A stretch of DNA of 63,794 nucleotides, the filler included, from Octopus bimaculoides (lineage: Eukaryota): assembly GCF_001194135.2 (NCBI RefSeq). It is 7 parts of 7 records of this genome, joined end to end, with 100 filler letters (N's around TTAATTAATTAA, not from the genome) between each part and the next. Parts side by side here need not be neighbours in the genome. Positions count along the whole stretch, not along the records: positions 49,867 to 60,316 come from NC_068981.1; positions 60,417 to 63,794 come from NC_068999.1; 5 more parts are not named here. One strand, 5' to 3'. This document shows, one piece after another, positions 53,380 through 63,794 of the stretch; the stretch's first letter is position 1; each line of letters starts with the position of its first letter. Below the pieces are notes generated by a model. The model worked only from the letters and a program-made list of their open reading frames with translations, was not told the DNA's origin and made no database searches. A program made the position numbers and the translations under genes.

Positions 53380-53850
53380 CCGACATTGATTCTGCTCAAT
53401 CTCATTCTTCATCTACTATTCGAGACAAGAAATCTAGTTGTAATAAGAAGAGTCATTTTAATTCTATGGGCAACAACACAAAACATGATAAAATAGTTTT
53501 ACAGTCTAAGGGCGGCAATCGTTATTTAAACCCGTTTTTTCACTCTAGGGGTAATTTACCGTTCTTTAGAGATAGTACCACTTACAATTGTACTGGTGCT
53601 AGCAAAACTCTTTCGCTTGTTTTCCGTATGGAAGGCAAATTAATTCTAGTCTTCCTTTGCAGTTCCGTGAAGAGGTTAGTGAGAACTTTCCAAAATATTC
53701 TAGATATTATTCCATTATTAATTCTCATATAGTTAGAGTTGCCTTCTCCAACGCAAAGAATCTTTAACAAATTATATCTTCTCATAATACAAGCCTGTTA
53801 AATAAAAGTTCACTTACTGAGTGTTCCAAAATTTGTTTAATTAATACCCC

Positions 53851-53918
<68 letters not shown>

Positions 53919-54972
53919 TGGAACGACTCATGTACTGAGAAGAGCATTATCGCTGTGAAAACAACATGCATTCATTAATTTTTTTTGTTTTTTTGTTTTC
54001 TTAAATACATGTTTTACCTGTGAATTTGCGTGTGTAAACTGGGAATGCATAGGTGTACGGAAAACACTCGGCGAGAAATGGAAGAAAATTTGAAGAAAGA
54101 AGAAAAAAAAAACAACATAATAATAATAACATAGTCTTGATCTGAGGACAACCCCAACAAAATTAAATCTATGTCTAGTAATTCTAAGATTAAGAATTCT
54201 ACATACCAATGTAAAATTACTTCCGTCACCGATGTCTATTTCTATATTGGGACTTCCTCTTCCCAGTTATCTAAGATAATTTCCAATCATTATTCTTCAT
54301 TTGGGGATAGTAGAAAACGCAATTATACATGACTTAGTAAATTGGTTTGGTATCTTAAAGACAGCAATAAGGATTTTATTTTAGATTTGTTTATCATGTC
54401 CATCTCTTTCCCTTACGACAAGGGCAAAGGATTCTGTAACATTTGTAATTCTCAAATCTTCCATATTCTCTTCTCTAAGAATCACCTTGTTAACACGTTT
54501 ATACAGCGATCTTACAAATGTAAGCATTGGCAGATACACACCTTTAGCTCATATAAGTGATTTATATCAGTCTAGATAGGCTGAACATTTAGTTCCCCTT
54601 GCACTCTACTTCAATAGAGAAATCTACTTCCGATCATTTGGACATTTTCTCAACCAACATATCCCTCTATATTTCTCCTTTATTTGTTCTTTACCTATTA
54701 TTCCTTTACCTCTTCTCTTCCTATGGTCAGCCTTTGACGTCAGATCTACAAACGGTTTTCTTTTTAATATTTAATTGCGTTCTGTTTATCATTTATACCG
54801 TCATCAAAATTGTTATAATGACTTGTTGAGATTGGTTCTCTTTCTTTCCTGATGAGGAGATTACATTATTTTACACCGTTTATTCCTTTAGAATAAAGCC
54901 AATGATATCTTCAAAACCTATGTGGAAAGTAAAAGAATTTGAATAACATCTGCGTGTAAATCCATTTATTTA

Positions 54973-54977
<5 letters not shown>
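53380..54977 (+). mobile_element. 5'-truncated Penelope-like element (linker, GIY-YIG endonuclease, 3' UTR/pLTR)
   Basis: Reads FREEVSENFPKYSRYYSIINSHIVRVAFSNAKNL*QIISSHN, then NSTYQCKITSVTDVYFYIGTSSSQLSKIISNHYSSF and LSKLVWYLKDSNKDFILD..PYDKGKGFCNICNSQIFHIL..LVN..YKCKH. Interrupted by an (AAT)n tract. Confidence 0.8.
54844..54929 (+). ncRNA. Type I hammerhead ribozyme fold (degenerate) in PLE 3' region
   Basis: CTTTC-CTGATGA-GGAGATTACATT...AATGATATCTTC-AAAA-C(CTAT)G-TG-GAAAG. Stem I CTTTC/GAAAG, intact CUGAUGA, ~12-bp stem II, minimal stem III. GAAA is changed to AAAA and the cleavage triplet is GUG. Confidence 0.7.
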
Positions 54978-55003
<26 letters not shown>

Positions 55004-56300
55004 NNNNNNNNNNNNNNNNNNNNNNNNNNNNNNNNNNNNNNNNNNNNNNNNNNNNNNNNNNNNNNNNNNNNNNNNNNNNNNNNNNNNNNNNNNNNNNNNN
55101 NNNNNNNNNNNNNNNNNNNNNNNNNNNNNNNNNNNNNNNNNNNNNNNNNNNNNNNNNNNNNNNNNNNNNNNNNNNNNNNNNNNNNNNNNNNNNNNNNNNN
55201 NNNNNNNNNNNNNNNNNNNNNNNNNNNNNNNNNNNNNNNNNNNNNNNNNNNNNNNNNNNNNNNNNNNNNNNNNNNNNNNNNNNNNNNNNNNNNNNNNNNN
55301 NNNNNNNNNNNNNNNNNNNNNNNNNNNNNNNNNNNNNNNNNNNNNNNNNNNNNNNNNNNNNNNNNNNNNNNNNNNNNNNNNNNNNNNNNNNNNNNNNNNN
55401 NNNNNNNNNNNNNNNNNNNNNNNNNNNNNNNNNNNNNNNNNNNNNNNNNNNNNNNNNNNNNNNNNNNNNNNNNNNNNNNNNNNNNNNNNNNNNNNNNNNN
55501 NNNNNNNNNNNNNNNNNNNNNNNNNNNNNNNNNNNNNNNNNNNNNNNNNNNNNNNNNNNNNNNNNNNNNNNNNNNNNNNNNNNNNNNNNNNNNNNNNNNN
55601 NNNNNNNNNNNNNNNNNNNNNNNNNNNNNNNNNNNNNNNNNNNNNNNNNNNNNNNNNNNNNNNNNNNNNNNNNNNNNNNNNNNNNNNNNNNNNNNNNNNN
55701 NNNNNNNNNNNNNNNNNNNNNNNNNNNNNNNNNNNNNNNNNNNNNNNNNNNNNNNNNNNNNNNNNNNNNNNNNNNNNNNNNNNNNNNNNNNNNNNNNNNN
55801 NNNNNNNNNNNNNNNNNNNNNNNNNNNNNNNNNNNNNNNNNNNNNNNNNNNNNNNNNNNNNNNNNNNNNNNNNNNNNNNNNNTATAAATAGTAGCTCTAT
55901 GACATCGTGAAGTACATTTGCCACTTCACCTAAATGTGGCTACCCTTAAGAGTTGATGGTTCTGAAGCGTGTAACCCCGGAAGACATCTCCTCCAGCTGG
56001 ATATTGAAACACATTCTGTGCCCTATCAGTATTTCCAAAGGGAAGTCATCTTTCCCATCTCAAGCCTTATACACGGATGGGAGTCTATGGGTATTGACCT
56101 GTCATCAGATGTGACTACCACTTTTTGGCGATGGGAAGTGTTTCCTAATGCAAATATATAATATATATAAGTACTTCTTCCAGTGATGAAAAGTCACTGA
56201 TCTCCAAAAAGTACATCTATGTATGTATGTATGTATGTATGTATGTATGTATGTATGTACGCATGTATGTATACATGCATGTATCTATCTATCTATCTAT

Positions 56301-56332
<32 letters not shown>

Positions 56333-57585
56333 CTATCTCTCTCTCTATATATATATATATATATAATATTTAAGATTTATTCGTATAAGAATATACCATA
56401 AACAACTATATAGTTGATATGTGTATGCGTGTGTGTAGATGTATGTGTGTGTGCACATGTGTGTATGTGTTGTGCGTTGTGTATGTGACTATGAGTGTGT
56501 GCATGCATGGGCGTATGAGTATGTGTAGATATAAGTGTGTGTAGATACATCTATGTGGTAGGTTTATGGAGAACAAAATGCATATTTGAATTTTAACCGT
56601 TATCCTTGTATTAGTATTAGTGTCATACATAGTTGTATATATGCATGTGTGTATGTGTGTGTGTATATATATGCATAGGTGTAGTGATGGTTAAGCGTAT
56701 ATGCGTGTATACTTTGAGATATGTATATTTGTGAGCGTGTGTGAGTGTCAATATGATTGTGTATACTTGTTTATATATGTATAAGTAAGGTTATATATGT
56801 ACATATATGTATCTAAGACGTTGTATCAATTCACCGTTAGACGATGGTGAGAGGGGCAAACGCACACACACACATACACACATGCATATATACAACTATG
56901 TATGACACTAATACTAATACAAGGATAACAGTTAACATTNNNNNNNNNNNNNNNNNNNNNNNNNNNNNNNNNNNNNNNNNNNNNNNNNNNNNNNNNNNNN
57001 NNNNNNNNNNNNNNNNNNNNNNNNNNNNNNNNNNNNNNNNNNNNNNNNNNNNNNNNNNNNNNNNNNNNNNNNNNNNNNNNNNNNNNNNNNNNNNNNNNNN
57101 NNNNNNNNNNNNNNNNNNNNNNNNNNNNNNNNNNNNNNNNNNNNNNNNNNNNNNNNNNNNNNNNNNNNNNNNNNNNNNNNNNNNNNNNNNNNNNNNNNNN
57201 NNNNNNNNNNNNNNNNNNNNNNNNNNNNNNNNNNNNNNNNNNNNNNNNNNNNNNNNNNNNNNNNNNNNNNNNNNNNNNNNNNNNNNNNNNNNNNNNNNNN
57301 NNNNNNNNNNNNNNNNNNNNNNNNNNNNNNNNNNNNNNNNNNNNNNNNNNNNNNNNNNNNNNNNNNNNNNNNNNNNNNNNNNNNNNNNNNNNNNNNNNNN
57401 NNNNNNNNNNNNNNNNNNNNNNNNNNNNNNNNNNNNNNNNNNNNNNNNNNNNNNNNNNNNNNNNNNNNNNNNNNNNNNNNNNNNNNNNNNNNNNNNNNNN
57501 NNNNNNNNNNNNNNNNNNNNNNNNNNNNNNNNNNNNNNNNNNNNNNNNNNNNNNNNNNNNNNNNNNNNNNNNNNNNNNNNNNNNN

Positions 57586-57634
<49 letters not shown>

Positions 57635-57649
57635 TTGTGTGCGTATGTA

Positions 57650-59490
57650 TGTATCAGTAAGTCTAATACGGCTATGTATATCCGGCATAGGTAGAATTAG
57701 CAAAGCAAGAACAGTACCAAAATTTAAATGTGGAACCAGATATATTTATATCGAACTATTACTAGTCCATCAACCCAGTTATACTAAAGAAGCGCTAGTA
57801 TTCGCAAAATATGTCTCCCATGTAACTAGAAACGAGATATATATTTTAGCGGCTTGGTGCAAAATAGTAGAATATGGGGGAAAATTCTGAACTTGTTATG
57901 ATAGGAAAGATTCATTTGACATATCAATGGCATCTAGTGATTCAGCAGAAGTAGCGGATGTAGGAGTATTTTACTTATCACAAATTCACAAATAGAACCC
58001 TGGTTCCTGACCCTAGGGATGGGGAGATTATATAGAGGCGTATCATTATTTACAGTGCAAATAATTAGTAGCGTAAAGATAAAAAGATGTAAGGAAAATT
58101 TTATTAAATTGATTATAGACTTCAAACTGGAAATAGAAATGAAAAAGCAATCATAGGGTCGTAAATTCTTTGACCTCAAATTTAATCTCGACGATGGAAA
58201 GTTCGAGCCGTTCCATTAAGAAAAGGAAAATTTGAAATATATGAGTCGGGGTCTAACCATCCGGAACGCATGCTGCAAAGTGTCCCGTGAAACGTATCTA
58301 ACGGATTACCCACACTATCTGTGGATTAATTGATATTCAACATTCACTCCTAACATCACAACTCAGCACTCCCTAGTGCAGTCGATAGGGATAGAATATT
58401 ATATGTTTAAAATAGAATGGAGTAACTTCAATTTTTGGAAAGTGTTAATAATACAGGTGATCCTATAAGTAGCCGCAGAGAACCAAACCCTAAAAAACAG
58501 GAAATGTAATAGGGACCAAATTAGAAAACGCAACCACAACACCAAGAAGAGTAGATACCAAACAGAACCCTGGAATCAGCAGGCAAGGACGGAAATGAAG
58601 GGACGTACATTGAAATGGTAGTCTTATAGTCGAAACAGAGAAAATGAAATATATTAAGAAACCGAATAGAACCATTAAAAATTTCTAAATAATGAATGAT
58701 GAAATCATTTATTTTAACTCAATTTTCAGTTAGCAAGTAAAATCCAAAATATTTCAGGAATTCTTTTCTGCTGAACAGGTATTTCCCCAAATTTATCAAA
58801 ATCATAAAAATATCAAGAGACATAGTGTAAAATTAGCATATGCGACATCGCACAAACTAGAATACTACATGCATAAATTAATTAACATTCGACATAATTC
58901 GATAAAACTAGAGGGAATGGATGCGAATATGAATAATAAAAGCTTCTCTATAACAAGAACGCGTCCAAACAGCAGAATACCATTGGTAGTAAAATCCATA
59001 CGTGAAGAAAATAAGAATACTGTTGCAGGAGGATGAAGGAATGTGAGCACTAATGATAACTCCATTAATTGAACGGGAAAATATAATGTAGCATGTAACT
59101 TCAGGCGAAAAAATGAACGCAAATTTCATAACCACTACATCTTAAAGAATGTAGTTTTCATGTGTGAAGTGAACGTGTGTGCGCTGAAGTATATGTACAT
59201 CGTTGCAACCGGAGACACCTTAAAAAAACGTGTAAGTAACCATCTTACTTCCGTCTCCAATGAAAGCAAAAGGCACGGCACATCATTATCTAACCTCTTC
59301 TGGCGGATCAAAATGAATGGAGTGGGGCATACCAGCAAGTTGTCTATAATTTTTAAAAAATGCTATGCAATCGCGTGTATGTAACTTATGTCTAGCGGTA
59401 ACTATGGAGATCTTCACATTCAGAGAACACATAATTAATAACCATTCCGAAGCAATTGTATGATGCAAACTTAAGAACAAATCACCCTTC
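57650..59490 (+). mobile_element. Decayed Penelope-like element with RT and GIY-YIG domains
   Basis: Across shifting frames: IRLCISGIGRISKA, ALVFAKYVSHVTRNEIYIL, SFDISMASSDSAEVADVGVFYL (cf. [22 protein letters not shown]), GRLYRGVSL (cf. GLYRDDGL), FFDLKFNLDDGKFEPFH, SNHP, IIYFNSIFS..VKLAYA, YMYIVATGDTLKKRVSNHLTS..TSLSNLFWRIK, RVCNLCLA. Confidence 0.8.
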
Positions 59491-60158
59491 CTAGAATTCG
59501 AATACATTACGAAATAGAGAATCACTAACCATCATTAGCATCTACCTGAACTAGCGAAGCATCTATAAAGGAACTCAACAGACCCTTATTTACTATGTTT
59601 TATCACTTTACCACCAAAATTACATAAAAGGATCCTTTAAAGGAACATCATTTGTCAACTCAGACAATGAGCTTCAATACTGAAACAAAGTTTACTTCCT
59701 GTCCCTGCAACAACTGAATTTATTGAGTAAGGTCAAACCAATGATTTATACAATCCATCCAAACATTTGCACACACAAATATCAAAATAAGTCTCGCCTC
59801 ACTACATCCTTTATCATTGCCATTCCTTTCTCTCTTTCCATCACCGATATATTAAAAAATCAAATAGATCTATTGCAAAATGCTGAAATAATGAATGATG
59901 AAATTATGCTTTAACTCAATTTTCAGTTTGCAAATAAAATTCAAAATATGTCAGGAATTGGTGACAACATTCGTTCCTTCCAAGTTTGATACTATGTCGC
60001 CTAAAGAAATAAACACATGAACGGAGACCAATCTGGTGGCCATGGATATTACAGATTATGCCAGCACTACAGACTATGTTCGTAAGAAACATGCGACTTG
60101 CAGAAACGCGCATAGCGATGCATAAAATATTCAAAAATTGCATACATGGACTATCATT

Positions 60159-60264
<106 letters not shown>

Positions 60265-61331
60265 CCATCATTATCATCATCATCATCATCATCATCATTA
60301 TCATCATCATCATCATNNNNNNNNNNNNNNNNNNNNNNNNNNNNNNNNNNNNNNNNNNNNTTAATTAATTAANNNNNNNNNNNNNNNNNNNNNNNNNNNN
60401 NNNNNNNNNNNNNNNNTATATATATATATATATATATATACACGACACGACACGATGCAACCACATGGTTGCATTGAGCTTCTTAACTGCACATCCTAAT
60501 TGCAAGAATGACCAATCCTCTTCGCGGCTATGTAATTCGTCAGTATTGACCCACTTGTTAATGTATCATAAAAAACCTACCAAATTTGATGATGTAAAAG
60601 ACTCACAGGCTTATTAGACGCCCCCCAATTTCAGCAGCACACATTTAGGAAGAAACGTTTATAGTGCGTTAAAGCATGCAATATTTAAACCATTCTACGC
60701 GCACGTCACAGATCATTACAAAATGCGGAAGGAATAACAGTAATAAGGCTTAAGTAAATATTATTGTTATAGAGCCATTCTATGTAGAAAAGACAGTCGG
60801 GATTAAAATTAACCTATTATAGTGAACGCAAGGAACACAATTAGCTTACAGGAGGCTCAGTTTTGCATACTGGAACCCAGGTGATTATTTTGGAGTCATT
60901 GTTTTGAAAAAACGAGCGTCTTATATGTCATCAAAATCTGGCAGTCAAACAAGATATTTGAAGTCATATGAGTAAGATTCTGTACGAGTAGACAGAGGAA
61001 AAGTTTTTGAACGGAAGCAAATTAAGAAAAGGAAATCTAGCAATGAATGTTCAATTTAGAGCGTAATATTTTTTCTCTCTTCTTCTCCTTTCTTCTTTTA
61101 TCTACTTCTTTCTTTTCTCTATTTTCTTTTCTTCCCATTTCGTTCATTTTTTTCTTCTTCGTCTTCTAGATCATAGAACTGGAAGAAGTCTGTTGAAACG
61201 ACTAAAAAAAGTAGCAAAAAGTGAATTAAAAAAATTTAAACACCAAAATAAAAAAATTTTAAATTTCAATTTTTAATTCTTAAAAATTAGAAAAAAGTTT
61301 CTTTAGTACAAGTCTAAGATCTTTTATTCTT

Positions 61332-61404
<73 letters not shown>

Positions 61405-62795
61405 AAACACAAAGACAAGCATGCACACACATACACACACGCAAGCATATATACGACGAGCTTCTGCACAATTTCCGTCTAACAAGTTCATTCACAAGGC
61501 ATTGGTCAGCTCGGGATGCAGTAGAAGACAGTTACCCAAGTTTCTACGCAGTGGGACCGAACCTGAAACCCTGTTGTTGGAAAATGAGCTTCTTAACTGC
61601 ATAGCCATCTGATTACCGGATTACAGAATTAAAGGATTAACAGACGTGTATAATTGTGGACTAATCGTTACAGCTTCAATAAACATTACGACAAACTGTT
61701 GTTATAAATATCATTTGTTTAATGGCTTCCGCTACTTTTTATTTCATAAATTCACTGACATTATGTTTAACATGTACACGCAGCCAGTGGTAGATGTATG
61801 ATCTCTCTACCGCTGTCTTACAGCCTGTTTCGTTGTATATTGTTCGAGCTGGTGATTAAAATGTCTAATACAAATTTTAAACTTCCATTCACAATATAAT
61901 ATTTCCTGCTGGAGAACAGATAACCTAAAGAAATTTGAAATAAATAACATAGGGTAAATCTTTATTCATTTACTTTTTTATTTTTCCAAGCAACTACAAA
62001 ACGTAGACGATGGACAATTCGAAAAACAAAATCGGTAATAACAGCGAAAAGAAAAAAAACAAAAACAAATAAACCAACAAAACAAAAAGCGAGCTAGAAA
62101 GTATCCCAGGGGTTAAATGGTCGAACCATTTTGGAAATGACTACCGTTTGAAGCGCTAATTAATTCGATTCATGCTGTGAAAAAAGTTATCAACGAAGTA
62201 AATGCATTATTTTTAATTGTTTTCAAAATTGAAAAAACAAAAAACAAAACAGAGACGAAAGAATCAAAGACAATAAATAAATAAATGTTGTTATATATTA
62301 GAATTAATCAAACGTGTTAAGCAAAGTTACTTTATTAAACAATTAGAGGAGACAGGCAAAATCAATCTTTTTAAGTGCTGATGTCTGTCTGGACTCATGT
62401 TTAGGCATACGTTACTGAAGAACTAAGATTGGTGAGCGCTGTTGGGGGTTAGTGACCAGCTCTCTGCAATCTTCGTCTGAGAATAGAATCCTGTTTAATA
62501 TTCATGAAGTATGCAAGGCACGCATACGCACACGCATACACACGCATACAGACTCATATACACATATATACACACATGCGTACTCATATGCGCACATACA
62601 TAAGTATAGATAGTTAGATATAAATATATATAGCTCTTATTCTGTCTCCACACACACACACACAAACACATACACAAACGCACACGCACGCACACACAGG
62701 AGTGTATACATGTGTGCGTTTTTAGACAGATAGATTTCGTTTAAAATATAGATACGTTTGATACGTACATTATCATTTAAAATATAAGACAAATA

Positions 62796-63089
62796 CAGTG
62801 AAACCGCTGTTTAAAAATGCCTCTTATCACGAACAAATCGGTTTACGAACAATTTTCGAACATGAAACGTCTCAGGTGACGAACGGTGCCTCGAGTAACG
62901 AACAACGGTTAGCGACAAGCTGGGAATACCCGCAAGAGAGCCTCAGTTGCCGTCTAGCTTTCATCCCTGCTCGAACTTGCCGTACCTTATCTTGAATTTA
63001 CTATGGTAAAACTAGTTTCGGTTTACGAACATTTCGGATGACGAACATCCTTCTAGAAATGACTAAACTCGCAAACCGATGATCCGCTA
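62796..63089. mobile_element. Pogo/Tigger-like non-autonomous element
   Basis: TA|CAGTGAAACCGCTGTTT left end and AAACCGATGATCCGCTA|TA degenerate right end, with repeated internal (T)TACGAAC/GACGAAC motifs and inverted ggtttacgaac segments. Confidence 0.5.
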
Positions 63090-63201
63090 TACGTAATAAA
63101 TTACAATATAAAATAATGTACGAGAATAATTCTTTATATTTCCTACAGAGAAAGATTAGTAGGTAGATATACTTACATGAATAAATATATATAAACACAC
63201 G

Positions 63202-63269
<68 letters not shown>

Positions 63270-63794
63270 CATTAGTAACGAACTGGAAGAATATATACAT
63301 AACAGTGATAACTTGGATAAACAATTCTTTTTAATGTAATTTATGTTAATATTCTAGAACCCGATAATTCATGCTGGCACTTATTCAGTTAGAATTAAAA
63401 TTACAAATGACGCTCCGCCATTGTTGTTGACACTTGTCAGCATGAAACCCAGGGTTCTGGTACATTACCATAAATTCTATTAACAGTGTATGTGTGCGTA
63501 TGTAGACGTATGTATGTGTGTATGTATGTATGTATGTATGTATGTATGTATGTATGTATGAAGAAAGATAGATAGATGATAAATAGAGAGAAAGAAAAAT
63601 TAGTAATACTTATATGATGTAAAACTCTAGTGTCTCAAACTTCTTTCCTGCCAATTTTTCCCCGGAAGAAACTGACCGGTGGATTTTCCTCTCCCCGCGG
63701 CAAGATCACTACCTTCTTTGTTGATTTTACTAAACAGTATACATACATATATGCATACAATAGATACATACATACATACATATATATATGTATA

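Noticed and set aside
60455-60474. ATGCAACCA-CA-TGGTTGCAT hairpin
   Set aside because: It derives from the AACCACATGGTT palindrome in a truncated SINE head and is too short to be informative.

Overview
AT-rich, microsatellite-saturated, gap-riddled animal genomic DNA. The SINE families, repeat landscape and TTAATTAATTAA gap linkers point to a coleoid cephalopod (Octopus-type draft assembly); this is inference. The only confidently coding host sequence is two minus-strand exons (31120-31209, 30151-30252) that splice in frame into the mid-region of a vesicular monoamine transporter (VMAT/SLC18A). I could not find its other exons. The rest is mostly decayed mobile DNA: a CR1-like LINE, an RTE fragment, Tc1 and mariner relics, two MITEs, many tRNA-derived SINEs and several Penelope-like elements (PLEs). 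The most striking structure is a PLE with ~700-bp inverted arms (52682-53379 / 54280-54977). Each arm carries a type I hammerhead ribozyme fold. Each copy is broken at different core positions, and the two-copy consensus is a canonical hammerhead. Two weaker hammerhead-like motifs, a pre-miRNA-sized hairpin, a TTAGGG-containing MITE and speculative extra exons are also flagged. All alignments and folds were done by eye; nothing was computed or searched.
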